Of a stretch of 64,000 nt of DNA, positions 1-9,954 are shown piece by piece. Within the stretch, counting starts at the first letter, position 1; each line of letters begins with the position of its first letter. The DNA is taken from the NCBI GenBank assembly GCA_902578305.1, contig CACHCK010000001.1, forward strand, positions 73,862 through 137,861. Reading direction: 5' to 3'. The position numbers were made by a program, and so were the translations under genes. Source of the DNA: an uncultured Pelagibacteraceae bacterium (GTDB lineage Bacteria; Pseudomonadota; Alphaproteobacteria; Pelagibacterales; AG-422-B15). The notes under the pieces are model-generated. The model saw nothing but the letters and a program-made list of their open reading frames with translations. It had not been told where the DNA came from and did not search any database.

Positions 1-1
1 T

Positions 2-112
2 AATAGTCAGAACTGCATACACTGCAAAACATGCGATATTAAAGAACCGTCTCAAAACATAAATTGGGTAACACCAGAGGGTGGCGGTGGCCCAAAATAT
101 GCGAATATGTAA
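2..112 (+). CDS. Electron transfer flavoprotein-ubiquinone oxidoreductase, 3' end (partial, runs off window start)
   Basis: Manual translation from base 2: [36 protein letters not shown]. This is the ETF-QO C-terminal 4Fe-4S motif (CxxCxxC...PEGGGGP). Not in the ORF track. Confidence 0.92.
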   Translation, partial: NSQNCIHCKTCDIKEPSQNINWVTPEGGGGPKYANM

Positions 113-123
113 AGCATAAGTCT

Positions 124-1782
124 ATGCTTATAAGAACAATTATATTTTTACTAATATTTAACATCTCAAGCATTAATCTTCATGCAGCACAATTTATTCC
201 GCCTCAGGTGGGCGATTACTTGGTTGCAAAAATTTCTAGTGACTCAAATGACTACAGCACAACTAAGAGATATTATCAAAGGCTGCACAGATCGAATCCA
301 AACGATTTACTTGCTTTAGATAGACTGTTGTTGCTTAGTATCTTGGATGGAGATTTGCTTAGTGCAAATAACTACTCTTTCAAACTTGCAAAAGCAGGCT
401 GTGATAAAAATGTGAATTCATGTTGTATGAATAATCAATCACCACAAGGTCATCTTGTTAATGGGATTTCTTACTTAAACTCTTATAAGCCAGGTTTTGC
501 TGATCAAAGTTTTGCAAGTATTTGGAGAGGGAATTTATCTGATAGCACGTTTGTAAGACTGCTTAGGGCTTGGGTATGGGCCGATAGTAACACAATAGAT
601 AAAAGTATGGCGCTAATCGATTTAATTTCCACAGGCGAACATCAACACCTAACACTTGTGCATAAAGCACTAATTTATGACTATGCTGATGAGATTGAAT
701 TAGCGGAGGTTTTTTATGACCAATCTTTATCAGTACAAAGAGATTTATACGTTTTACGTCTATATTATAATTTTCTACATCGAAATAATTTGACTGAGAA
801 GAAAGATGCTTTTGCAGATGAGTTTTTGTCTTCATATGATGGAGAATTTCAAAATAAATTTTTAACTTCAAATAAAAATAGGATTATTCAAAACCCTCTT
901 CAAGGAATAGGAGTGGTTTTATTTAATTCACAGTTTTTGATTGAGGATTTAAATGAAGAACTCGCACATATGTTATATCAACTAGCAATTGACACCTCTC
1001 CTAATTTACATGAGATCAAGTATATATTTGCCTCTTTTCTTAATCAGTTGGAAAATCATGATAAAGCAAGAGAGGTGCTGAGTTATATTCCAAAGAAGCA
1101 TTATCTCGGTAATTTTGCCGCAATTCAAATTTCAGATGCATATAGCTACGAGGGCAACAATGAAAAAGCAATTCAAAATTTAAATACCTTTGTGGAGGTT
1201 GATGATAGCTTTGAAGCTTACCTTTCACTAGGAAATTATCACCGCTATGAGAAGAATTGGTCTGATGCAATTGATAACTATGATCATGCATTAAAGCTTG
1301 GTAAAAAATTTGATAAAGAAAACATTTGGGAAGTTTACTTTAATATTGGAATTGTTCATGAACGTTCTAAAAATTGGAAGTTAGCCGAAAAGAATTTAAA
1401 AAGATCATTGAAACTATCTGAAGATCAAGCAGATGTTCTCAATTATTTAGGATATTCTTATATCGATATGGATCAAAATATATCCGAGGCTAAAGTTATG
1501 ATAGAACAAGCAATGGAATTGAAACCAAACGATCCATACATAGTTGATAGCCTTGCATGGTATTATTTTAAAGTTGGTAAGTATAATGAAGCTCTATCTT
1601 TGTTGGAGTTTTCTTTAGATATGATGCCATACGATCCAACTGTAAATGATCATTATGGTGATGTGCTCTGGAAGCTGGGAAATGAACTTGAAGCACGTTT
1701 TTATTGGCAGAAAGCCATAGATTTAGATCAGGAAAATATATTTGAGGACAAAGTTAAAATCAAACTACTTAAAGGAATCTAA
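124..1782 (+). CDS. Exported tetratricopeptide repeat protein
   Basis: Signal peptide from the ATG at 124 (the ORF-track start at 64 overlaps ETF-QO). C-terminal TPRs with VLNYLGYS, IVDSLAWYY and DHYGDVLW; typical alphaproteobacterial gene upstream of ispE. Confidence 0.88.
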   Translation: MLIRTIIFLLIFNISSINLHAAQFIPPQVGDYLVAKISSDSNDYSTTKRYYQRLHRSNPNDLLALDRLLLLSILDGDLLSANNYSFKLAKAGCDKNVNSCCMNNQSPQGHLVNGISYLNSYKPGFADQSFASIWRGNLSDSTFVRLLRAWVWADSNTIDKSMALIDLISTGEHQHLTLVHKALIYDYADEIELAEVFYDQSLSVQRDLYVLRLYYNFLHRNNLTEKKDAFADEFLSSYDGEFQNKFLTSNKNRIIQNPLQGIGVVLFNSQFLIEDLNEELAHMLYQLAIDTSPNLHEIKYIFASFLNQLENHDKAREVLSYIPKKHYLGNFAAIQISDAYSYEGNNEKAIQNLNTFVEVDDSFEAYLSLGNYHRYEKNWSDAIDNYDHALKLGKKFDKENIWEVYFNIGIVHERSKNWKLAEKNLKRSLKLSEDQADVLNYLGYSYIDMDQNISEAKVMIEQAMELKPNDPYIVDSLAWYYFKVGKYNEALSLLEFSLDMMPYDPTVNDHYGDVLWKLGNELEARFYWQKAIDLDQENIFEDKVKIKLLKGI

Positions 1783-1787
1783 GTACG

Positions 1788-2621
1788 TTGTTAAATACCA
1801 TAAAATCCTACGCAAAAATAAATCTTTTCTTAAATGTAGTAGACAAACTTGATACTGGTTTTCACGAATTAAACTCAGTGTTATCAAGGATCGATCTTTA
1901 TGATGAGATAAGAATAAAAGATGAAAGCTCTTTTAGTATCTCATATAATGGCCCTTTTGGAGACCAAGTGGGATCCAATGATCATATTTCTAAATTATTT
2001 AATTATTTAATTGATAAGAATTATTTAAAGCAGAAATCATTTGCTATTCATGTTGTAAAAAATATACCAGTGGGATCGGGTTTAGGTGGCGGTTCATCAA
2101 ATGTCGCAGAAATAATTAAATATTTAATAAGATCCAATTTGTTAGATAATTCAAGCTCAACTGAAATTGCAAGAGATCTTGGGTCAGACATTGAATTTTT
2201 TATTGATGAGGGATCTGCACTTATTTCTGGAAAAGGGAATGTTGATCAAAGGTTAAAAATCAATTCGGATAAGCATTTTCTAATTGTATTTCCAAATGTT
2301 CAAAATAGTACTAAGGATATTTTTAATAAACATTCTAATTTAAGTGGAGAAAAATTCTCATACATTAAAGATACTAACTTAGATGGAATTCTAAAAGGTA
2401 CATCAAATGAATTGGAAAAAACGGCACTTCTTGCTAATCAAGAAATGAAAAAAATAAGAGAATATTTAGATAATGATATAAATTGTAAGTATGAACGAAT
2501 GACAGGAAGTGGCTCTGCATATTTTACTGTTTATGAAGATAAACAAAAGGCGGAGGAAGCAATACAGAGGATATCTGAAGAACACCCCAATTGGTGGACA
2601 TATTTAACGAGGTTAATATAA
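1788..2621 (+). CDS. ispE: 4-diphosphocytidyl-2-C-methyl-D-erythritol kinase
   Basis: AKINLFL, KNIPVGSGLGGGSSN, LGSD and MTGSGS GHMP kinase motifs. Confidence 0.96.
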   Translation: MLNTIKSYAKINLFLNVVDKLDTGFHELNSVLSRIDLYDEIRIKDESSFSISYNGPFGDQVGSNDHISKLFNYLIDKNYLKQKSFAIHVVKNIPVGSGLGGGSSNVAEIIKYLIRSNLLDNSSSTEIARDLGSDIEFFIDEGSALISGKGNVDQRLKINSDKHFLIVFPNVQNSTKDIFNKHSNLSGEKFSYIKDTNLDGILKGTSNELEKTALLANQEMKKIREYLDNDINCKYERMTGSGSAYFTVYEDKQKAEEAIQRISEEHPNWWTYLTRLI

Positions 2622-2664
2622 AGATTGCAAAATCTTTTTCTTAAATTAAATAATTATATATCGT

Positions 2665-2739
2665 TGGGGCGTGGCCAAGCGGTAAGGCACCGCTTTTTGG
2701 TAGCGGCATTCGGAGGTTCGAATCCTCCCGCCCCAGCCA
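2665..2739 (+). tRNA. tRNA-Gln (anticodon TTG)
   Basis: TGGGGCG...CGCCCCA acceptor stem, CCGCT-TT-TTG-GT-AGCGG anticodon arm, GGTTCGAATCC T-loop, encoded CCA. Confidence 0.97.
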
Positions 2740-2754
2740 ATTAGGATCAAAAAT

Positions 2755-3306
2755 ATGAGTAATTTTTTAAGTAAGTATAAATCAGTATATGATGTCTTTT
2801 TAGATAACTGGGGCTATCAGAAACATTATGTGGCTTATTTAGAGTCTCTAATGAGACAAGAAACACTATTACCAACACATATTAAAGAGATGATATTCGC
2901 CTATGTCTCAGGATTAAACGGTTGTGGTTACTGCAAGAATATTCATGTTGAAATATCAAAGAAAATTTTAAGAGACAAGAATGACCTAGATTTTATGAAT
3001 GATATTGAACAATCACAAATAGAAGCTAAGTATAAGCCAATTCTAAAATTATCTCACAAAGTAAATGAAGACATACGCTCAATTAATGAAGAAGATGTAG
3101 CTGCTATATTAGAATATGGCTTTGATGAAAAAGTTATATCCGAAATTATCTCCATTTGTTCTGCTGCACAATTTATGAATACCACAGTTGTTGCTCATCA
3201 AATAAAGCCTCTTGATCAAGTTCAAAATGTTGCATCAGCGAAAATGATGATTGAGAAAGGTTACGATGGGCTTGCTGAATTTATGTTAAGAAGACGTAAT
3301 AAATAA
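2755..3306 (+). CDS. AhpD/carboxymuconolactone decarboxylase family peroxidase-related protein
   Basis: EMIFAYVSGLNGCGYCKNIH matches the AhpD E-x11-CxxC-x3-H motif. Confidence 0.85.
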   Translation: MSNFLSKYKSVYDVFLDNWGYQKHYVAYLESLMRQETLLPTHIKEMIFAYVSGLNGCGYCKNIHVEISKKILRDKNDLDFMNDIEQSQIEAKYKPILKLSHKVNEDIRSINEEDVAAILEYGFDEKVISEIISICSAAQFMNTTVVAHQIKPLDQVQNVASAKMMIEKGYDGLAEFMLRRRNK

Positions 3307-3307
3307 T

Positions 3308-3682
3308 TTAAAGAAATTTGAATAAACTTAGCCCAAGATAAAAAGCTATAACTGTAAATGTGAATGTCACAAACAGATATAAAAGCGAGGCTAAAATTTC
3401 TCCGTTGCTGAATAATTGATAAAAATCCAAATTAAAAGTTGAAAAGGTCGTGAAACCTCCGAGGAAACCAATAGTTAAAAACATTTTTATATTTTGAGAT
3501 ATATTAACTTTATCTGCAAAATAACTAACGACTAATCCCATCAAAAATGCCCCAAGAACATTGATAACTATTGTTCCAAATGGAAATGAACTTAAAAATA
3601 ATCGATCAGTCTGTTCACTTATAAGAAAACGCAATAAAGCTCCGACACCTCCACCTAAAAAAATGGATAACAAAATACTCAT
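3308..3682 (-). CDS. crcB: Fluoride channel Fluc/CrcB
   Basis: GGGVGALLRF, FPFGTIVINVLG and GFLGGFTTFSTF motifs; 4 TM segments. Confidence 0.95.
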   Translation of the reverse strand: MSILLSIFLGGGVGALLRFLISEQTDRLFLSSFPFGTIVINVLGAFLMGLVVSYFADKVNISQNIKMFLTIGFLGGFTTFSTFNLDFYQLFSNGEILASLLYLFVTFTFTVIAFYLGLSLFKFL

Positions 3683-4524
3683 CAGTTCATACCGACCAAA
3701 TGAGCCAGTAATCCAAAGTGATCACTTGGAAAAAATTTATTTTTTTCTGTGCCGACAAGGTTGCACTCAATTGGATGACCCAGACCATTAGGTCCAGGTT
3801 TACCTAAAAATATGTAATCAATTCGTCGATTATATTCTAAAGTTTTTTTTGCCCAATCATTGCTGTTTGACCAAGTGTAACCAGGATCATTTCTATTTGT
3901 TAATTTCCATACATCTCTTAAAACGATATCGTTTACTGGCTTAGTTAAACCAGTAATCTTTCTAATTTCATCACTTTCTGGATCCGCATTGAAATCTCCA
4001 CACAAAATTATAGGGAATTTTGATTGTTCTAATTTACTAATGTATTCTATTATTTGATTTACTTGATCTTCTCTTACTTGCTGATGTTCATATTTATAAT
4101 TAAGGTGAGTGCAAATAACGTTTATCGTCTCACTTTTATATTTTAATGAGAGATGAAGCAAAAATCTTTTTTCATCTTTCTCTGCTTCAGTCTCAAACAT
4201 TACAGTATGGTGAGAATTGATTGGGAATTTAGTAATGATTGCATTTCCAAACGCAACACCATCAAATTCAAATGATTTTTCAAAGATATAGTTATACCCA
4301 AGTTGATCTGCGATTATTTTAGCCTGACTTTCATCAGTTTCTTCCCACACTTCTTGTAGACACAAAATATCTGGACAAGAATTATTGATTTCAGAAATGA
4401 TTAGATTTTCTCGTTCCTTATAGTTTTCAAATTTCCACCATACGTTCCAGGTTAAAAGCTTAATTACCTCAGTGTTTAAATTAATTGAACTTGCATCTGG
4501 ATCAGGAAATGATTTATCACTCAT
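3682..4524 (-). CDS. Endonuclease/exonuclease/phosphatase (EEP) family protein
   Basis: TWNV, DILCLQEV, CTHL, GDFN, RIDYIF and PSDH motifs. Confidence 0.9.
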   Translation of the reverse strand: MSDKSFPDPDASSINLNTEVIKLLTWNVWWKFENYKERENLIISEINNSCPDILCLQEVWEETDESQAKIIADQLGYNYIFEKSFEFDGVAFGNAIITKFPINSHHTVMFETEAEKDEKRFLLHLSLKYKSETINVICTHLNYKYEHQQVREDQVNQIIEYISKLEQSKFPIILCGDFNADPESDEIRKITGLTKPVNDIVLRDVWKLTNRNDPGYTWSNSNDWAKKTLEYNRRIDYIFLGKPGPNGLGHPIECNLVGTEKNKFFPSDHFGLLAHLVGMN

Positions 4525-4526
4525 TT

Positions 4527-4982
4527 TTAAGGAAATGCTACCATGATTTGTTCTGCAACATACGCTGGTTTGTCTTGTCCTTCAATTTCGAGAGTAGCCT
4601 CACTGATTACCTGCGTTCCGCCGTTATCCAATTTGTTTACCTCTTTAATTTTTATTCCCATTCTCACACGGGAATTAACTGGAACCATATTAATAAATCT
4701 TACTTTATTTAAGCCATAATTAATCATCATTTTGGCCCCTGTAACTGTCCAGATTTTACCAGCCAACGGTACTGATAGAGAAAGGCTTAAGAAACCATGT
4801 GCAATTGTGCTTTTAGTAGGAAGTTCTTTTTGGGCTTTTTCTTCATTAACATGAATCCACTGATGATCATCAGTTGCATCTGCGAATAAATTTATTCTAT
4901 TTTGATCAATTGACATCCAATCTGAATGTCCCATATCTTTACCTTTATAATTTTCTAAATCCTTTACATCCACACTTTGCAT
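4527..4982 (-). CDS. MaoC/NodN-type hotdog dehydratase
   Basis: FADATDDHQWIHV, IAHGFLSLS, NYGLNKVRF. Confidence 0.9.
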   Translation of the reverse strand: MQSVDVKDLENYKGKDMGHSDWMSIDQNRINLFADATDDHQWIHVNEEKAQKELPTKSTIAHGFLSLSLSVPLAGKIWTVTGAKMMINYGLNKVRFINMVPVNSRVRMGIKIKEVNKLDNGGTQVISEATLEIEGQDKPAYVAEQIMVAFP

Positions 4983-5098
4983 AGTATACCTCCAAAATTA
5001 TTAATTATATCTTGAGAATATTATCTAATTAAAAAGATTATTGAAGTTTTATAATGAAAAATATTGATAAATCCATTAATTATAAATTCAAGTGAAGC

Positions 5099-5680
5099 AT
5101 GAACGATAATCCAGTAAATTTAAAAGGACTAGAAACAATTTATAGTTTCAGCAAAAAAAATAAGCAATCACTGCCGCCTGTAGAAAAATGGAACCCTCCA
5201 TTTTGTGGTGATATTGACATGAAGATTTTACGAAATGGAAAATGGTTTTACATGGGCTCTGAAATAAAAAGACCTGCGATGGTTAAACTTTTCTCAAGCA
5301 TATTAAGATTAGATGAAGATGCATGCTACTACTTAGTAACACCCGTTGAGAAAGTCAGAATTCAGGTTGAAGATGCACCGTTTGTTGCTGTGTCCCTTAA
5401 TAAAGTTGAGATAAGTAGTAAAACTGGTTATCTATTTAAAACAAATCTCAATGAAGAAATTCTTCTCTCTAAAGAGAATCCATTAACAATTAAAATTCGA
5501 GAAAATTCAGAACCGTCACCTTATATCCTGATCAGAAAAAATCTCCATGCACTTTTATCTAGATCAGTTTTTTATGAATTAGTGGATCTTGCAGAGGAGA
5601 AGATAGTTGATGATAAAAAATGCTTAGTTATAGAAAGTATGGGTGAATGTTTCAACATTCATGAAGTTGAAAAAGAATGA
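5099..5680 (+). CDS. DUF1285 family protein
   Basis: PPVEKWNPPFCGDIDM, YYLVTPVEK and VEDAPF; conserved position before nudL-cca. Confidence 0.88.
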   Translation: MNDNPVNLKGLETIYSFSKKNKQSLPPVEKWNPPFCGDIDMKILRNGKWFYMGSEIKRPAMVKLFSSILRLDEDACYYLVTPVEKVRIQVEDAPFVAVSLNKVEISSKTGYLFKTNLNEEILLSKENPLTIKIRENSEPSPYILIRKNLHALLSRSVFYELVDLAEEKIVDDKKCLVIESMGECFNIHEVEKE

Positions 5681-6315
5681 TGCCTTTAGATAAATTGAGG
5701 GGTTTATTTGATGGTCCAGAAAAGATATCTCATGAGTATTTTGAAATACTTACGAATGATTTTTTAACAAGACATCATCACCCTCTAGCAAAAGCTGAAA
5801 AAGATAAAGCTAAACTAAATCCATCTGCTGTACTTGTACCCATATGTTATTCAAACAATGAAGTAAAAATATTATTAACTAAAAGACTGGATAATTTAAA
5901 AGATCATGCAGGACAAATTAGTTTTCCTGGAGGTAAAATTGAAAAAAATGATATGTCTCCAATAGAAACTGCTTTACGAGAGGCTAACGAAGAAGTTGGT
6001 TTAAGGTCTGATGATGTAAATGTGTTGGGAAATCTTGATGTATATATAACTGGCACAGGATTTAGGATCATGCCAATTGTATCTATAGTATCTGATTACT
6101 CCTATTTAAAGGCAAATCAAAATGAAGTGGGTGAAATATTTTTTCTCCCCTTAGAATTCTTAATGGACTCAAACAATCATAAGAAAGAAAGTGCCACATA
6201 TGAGGTAAACAATAAAAAATATGAATATGACTATTACGTTTTACCTTATAAAGATTACAATATCTGGGGAGCAACTGCTGGAATGTTAATTAATCTTTAT
6301 CAAATTCTAAAATAA
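5677..6315 (+). CDS. nudL: CoA pyrophosphatase (Nudix)
   Basis: SAVLVP, HAGQISFPGG, Nudix box ALREANEEVG, IWGATAG. Confidence 0.9.
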   Translation: MMPLDKLRGLFDGPEKISHEYFEILTNDFLTRHHHPLAKAEKDKAKLNPSAVLVPICYSNNEVKILLTKRLDNLKDHAGQISFPGGKIEKNDMSPIETALREANEEVGLRSDDVNVLGNLDVYITGTGFRIMPIVSIVSDYSYLKANQNEVGEIFFLPLEFLMDSNNHKKESATYEVNNKKYEYDYYVLPYKDYNIWGATAGMLINLYQILK

Positions 6316-6332
6316 TATAAATAATCTGTCTT

Positions 6333-7565
6333 ATGAGTAGATTTTCATCAATCCTAGAACAAAACGATGTTGCGCAAGTTTTTGATCTTTTTGAAAGCTA
6401 TCAAAAAAATAGTATTTATGTTGTAGGGGGCTCTATCAGAGACGCACTTTTAAATAGGGAAATTACAGATATTGATTTTGCTACTTCTTTGAAACCAAAG
6501 ACTATTACCGAAATACTCAATAAAGAAAATATTAAATTTATTGATGTAGGAATAGATCATGGAACAGTTACAGCAATAATTAATGAAAGAAAGTTTGAAA
6601 TTACAACTTTTAGAAACGATATTTTTACTGATGGAAGACATGCTCAAGTCTCATTCTCAAATAGTTTAGAGGAAGATGCTTTAAGGAGAGATTTTACCAT
6701 AAATGCAATGTATTTAGATAAGGGTGGAAATTTAATAGACCCTAAAGATGGTAAAACAGATTTAGAAAATAGAGTCGTTCGTTTCATTGGAAATCCAGAT
6801 GAAAGAATAAAAGAAGATTATCTTAGAATACTAAGGTATTTTCGTTTTTTAGCATTATTTGGCGATATATCTCCTGACGCAGAGGTGATGAAAATAATAA
6901 AAGCAAATCTTGATAAGTTATCAGTTGTTTCTAAGGAAAGGCAATGGAATGAACTAAAGTCAATTCTAAGTCTAAATGCTCCAAATCATGCAATATCTGC
7001 AATGAGTGAAATAGGTTTGCTTGATGTTTATTTTGATGGCACTAGCATAAATGATGCATTTGTAAATTTAATTGAAATAGAAAGTAGAATATCCCTTTCA
7101 ATTGATCCAATATTGAGATTAAGTACTCTAATTGAAAACTCGTTGGATAAAGCGAATACTATCATAAAAAAATTACCTTTATCAAAATCAGACTCTACTG
7201 ACTTATTGAAATTAAGTACACTGAATAAAAAAATTGTTTCTTACATGTCAATGAAAGAAGTTAGATATTTACTTTATCTATTAGGTCGTGACGGTTTTCA
7301 AAAACAAATACTTGTAAATTGGGCTAAGGATACAAATAATAAAAATGAAGTAAATTGGAGATCTCTATATGAAGTTGCTCAAAGCTGGGAGAAGCCATCT
7401 TTTACTCTAACAGCCAAAGATGTAATAAACATGGGAATATCTCAAGGCCCAATGGTTGGAGACATCTTAAAAGAGGTTGAAGACTGGTGGGCAGAAAATG
7501 ATTTTATTGACGATAAGTTTTCATTAATTGAGAGGCTTAAAGCAATCGTTCAATCAAAAAAATAA
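6333..7565 (+). CDS. cca: CCA tRNA nucleotidyltransferase / poly(A) polymerase family
   Basis: VGGSIRD, DIDFAT, RRDFTINAM, EDYLRILR. Confidence 0.88.
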   Translation: MSRFSSILEQNDVAQVFDLFESYQKNSIYVVGGSIRDALLNREITDIDFATSLKPKTITEILNKENIKFIDVGIDHGTVTAIINERKFEITTFRNDIFTDGRHAQVSFSNSLEEDALRRDFTINAMYLDKGGNLIDPKDGKTDLENRVVRFIGNPDERIKEDYLRILRYFRFLALFGDISPDAEVMKIIKANLDKLSVVSKERQWNELKSILSLNAPNHAISAMSEIGLLDVYFDGTSINDAFVNLIEIESRISLSIDPILRLSTLIENSLDKANTIIKKLPLSKSDSTDLLKLSTLNKKIVSYMSMKEVRYLLYLLGRDGFQKQILVNWAKDTNNKNEVNWRSLYEVAQSWEKPSFTLTAKDVINMGISQGPMVGDILKEVEDWWAENDFIDDKFSLIERLKAIVQSKK

Positions 7566-7571
7566 TTTTTT

Positions 7572-8051
7572 TTATTTATATAAAATTTTCTTAATCTCGT
7601 AGTTTTTCTCTCCTTTTGGTGTTGAAACTGATACGAAATCGCCTTTTTCTTTTCCAATTAATGCTTTAGCAACAGGTGATCTGTAAGATAGTAGACTCGA
7701 TTCAATATCTGCTTCATCATCACCAACAATTTGAAACTTTGTCTTTGTATCATTATCAATATCTTCAACTTCAACAGTTGCACCAAAGACTACAGTTTTT
7801 TGATTTTTAGGAATATTTGAAATATCAATGATTTCTGCATTAGCTAATAGTAATTGAATTTCCTGAATACGACCCTCAATGTGACCTTGCTCCTCTTTTG
7901 CCGCATGGTACTCTGCGTTTTCCTTTAAATCGCCGTGCTCTCTCGCCTCCGCAATGGCTTGAATTACTTTTTGCCTTTTATTATTTATCAAATCGCTTAA
8001 TTCATCTTGAAGTTTTTTTGCGCCATTTGATGTAATTGGTTCAGTTTCCAT
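7572..8051 (-). CDS. greA: Transcription elongation factor GreA
   Basis: [18 protein letters not shown] and [10 protein letters not shown]. Start placed at the second Met (8051) to avoid overlap with hemF. Confidence 0.96.
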   Translation of the reverse strand: METEPITSNGAKKLQDELSDLINNKRQKVIQAIAEAREHGDLKENAEYHAAKEEQGHIEGRIQEIQLLLANAEIIDISNIPKNQKTVVFGATVEVEDIDNDTKTKFQIVGDDEADIESSLLSYRSPVAKALIGKEKGDFVSVSTPKGEKNYEIKKILYK

Positions 8052-8053
8052 TT

Positions 8054-8857
8054 TTATTTCCATTTAGCATTAGGAGGCATTGACATTAAAATTGCATCAA
8101 TATTACCCCCGGTGTTTAAGCCAAATTTTGTTCCTCGATCGTATAAAAGATTATATTCCACGTACCTCCCACGTTTCAATAACTGAATTTCTTTATCTTT
8201 TTTTGTGAACTTTTCATTCATTTTTTGGCTTATTATTTCTTTTACAATATCATTAAAAGTTAAGCCAACATCCTTAACAAAATCAAAATCTTTTTTCCAA
8301 TCATCCATTTTATAGTCAAAAAATATTCCGCCAATTCCTCTTATTTCTTTTCTGTGGGGTAAATAGAAATATTCATCACACCATTTTTTATAATTTTTGT
8401 AATAAGATTTATTATGATTTTCACACATTGTTTTTAATTTATTATGAAATTGTTTCTTTAATTTAGCGTCTTTAAAACATGGAGTGGCGTCAATACCGCC
8501 ACCAAACCAATTTTTACCCGTTATTATGTGCCGAGTATTGAAATGTAATGCAGGAACCTTTGGATTTGCTGGGTGAAGCACTACAGATACTCCTGTGGAC
8601 CAAAATTTTTTATTCTTTTCAGTTCCTGGAATTTGTTTTGCAAATTCTTTTGGAAAGGTACCTGTTACATTTGAAAATGCTATACCGCCTTTTTCGATTA
8701 CATTTCCCTTAATTATTCTATATTCACCTTTTTTCCATTTATTAGTTTTGAACCTTGCTTTTGATCCATTTTTTTTTTCGAGTTCAAGCACAGTCTCACA
8801 GATTAGATCCTGCAATCCCTTGAACCATGCTTTAGTTATCTTTTTTTTATTTAACAT
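8054..8857 (-). CDS. hemF: Oxygen-dependent coproporphyrinogen III oxidase
   Basis: [52 protein letters not shown]. Confidence 0.96.
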   Translation of the reverse strand: MLNKKKITKAWFKGLQDLICETVLELEKKNGSKARFKTNKWKKGEYRIIKGNVIEKGGIAFSNVTGTFPKEFAKQIPGTEKNKKFWSTGVSVVLHPANPKVPALHFNTRHIITGKNWFGGGIDATPCFKDAKLKKQFHNKLKTMCENHNKSYYKNYKKWCDEYFYLPHRKEIRGIGGIFFDYKMDDWKKDFDFVKDVGLTFNDIVKEIISQKMNEKFTKKDKEIQLLKRGRYVEYNLLYDRGTKFGLNTGGNIDAILMSMPPNAKWK

Positions 8858-8858
8858 T

Positions 8859-9302
8859 TCAAAATAGTTTTAACTGTCTGTTTGCCTCAGAAATAACTAT
8901 AGCTGAAGAAACGGCAACATTTAAAGATCTTGCGGAACTGTTCATTGGTATTCTTATTATTTGGTCAGATTGTTTGTGAACGTAATCTGGTACTCCCGCA
9001 CTTTCTCTTCCAACAATTAAATTATCATTACCCTTAAACTCAAAATCATAGTGACTAAGTTTTCCTTTTGTAGACAACAGTATTTTTCTTCCTTTTCTAT
9101 TTTTCTCGTAGTGCTTCCAATCGTCAAACTCTGTTAAATTAATATTTCTACCATAGTCCATTGCAACTCTGCTTAGAGATTTTTCCGACATTGCAAATGA
9201 GGCTGGATGAATGATATCAATATTGACGCCGAAACAAGAGCAAATCCTCACCATTGCTCCAGTATTTTGAGGTATATCAGGTTCAAAAATTGCTAAGTTC
9301 AT
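8859..9302 (-). CDS. trmL: tRNA (cytidine/uridine-34-2'-O)-methyltransferase
   Basis: EPDIPQNTG, GRESAG and RSLNVAVS SPOUT motifs. Confidence 0.93.
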   Translation of the reverse strand: MNLAIFEPDIPQNTGAMVRICSCFGVNIDIIHPASFAMSEKSLSRVAMDYGRNINLTEFDDWKHYEKNRKGRKILLSTKGKLSHYDFEFKGNDNLIVGRESAGVPDYVHKQSDQIIRIPMNSSARSLNVAVSSAIVISEANRQLKLF

Positions 9303-9338
9303 CTAATTGATATTTTATAACTTTTTAATCCTAATATA

Positions 9339-9355
9339 TGCGTCATCATGACACA
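9339..9355. promoter_or_regulatory. Putative RegA/PrrA (RegR) box upstream of petABC
   Basis: TGCGTC-ATCAT-GACACA, a GC-rich imperfect inverted repeat resembling GCGNC-N5-GNCGC in an otherwise AT-rich spacer. Confidence 0.5.
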
Positions 9356-9438
9356 ATTTTTAGCACTTCAGATTGCCTTTTTCCCTTAAAAAACGACGAT
9401 TTACAAGTATATTAGCTATATAACTCAAGGATATTAAG

Positions 9439-9948
9439 TTGTCAGAAAAACAAGTTACAAGAAGAAATTTTCTTTATGTCACTACAGGTGCATTTGCAGC
9501 TGCGGGAGCCGCTTCATTAGCATGGCCTTTCGTTGACCAAATGAACCCTGATGCATCAGTTAAAGCGTTAGCATCAACTGAGATTGATCTAAGGCCTATA
9601 ATACCTGGACAAAGCATTACTGTGATGTGGAGGGGTAAACCGGTATTTATTAGAAGGCGAACACAGGCTGAAATTGATGAGGCAAAGAAAGTGAATTTAG
9701 CTGATTTACCGCACCCAGAGGAAGATAGCGATCGAGCACAAAATCCTGAATGGCTTGTTATGGTTGGAATTTGTACCCATCTTGGATGTGTGCCGCTTGG
9801 ACAAAAAGGTGATTATAATGGTTGGTTTTGTCCATGTCATGGTTCTCATTATGATACATCAGGTAGGATAAGAAAGGGACCTGCACCTACAAATCTTGAG
9901 ATTCCGGATTATGTATTCTTAAACGAAACTACTATTAAAATTGGATAA
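9439..9948 (+). CDS. petA: Rieske Fe-S subunit of cytochrome bc1
   Basis: Tat motif TRRNFL; CTHLGC and CPCHGS. Confidence 0.98.
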   Translation: MSEKQVTRRNFLYVTTGAFAAAGAASLAWPFVDQMNPDASVKALASTEIDLRPIIPGQSITVMWRGKPVFIRRRTQAEIDEAKKVNLADLPHPEEDSDRAQNPEWLVMVGICTHLGCVPLGQKGDYNGWFCPCHGSHYDTSGRIRKGPAPTNLEIPDYVFLNETTIKIG

Positions 9949-9954
9949 AAAAGT

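Noticed and set aside
64-123. N-terminal extensions given by the ORF track for the TPR gene (also greA, MarR, Lrp, alpha/beta hydrolase and mraZ)
   Set aside because: They overlap upstream genes or promoters; downstream starts match family N-termini or signal peptides
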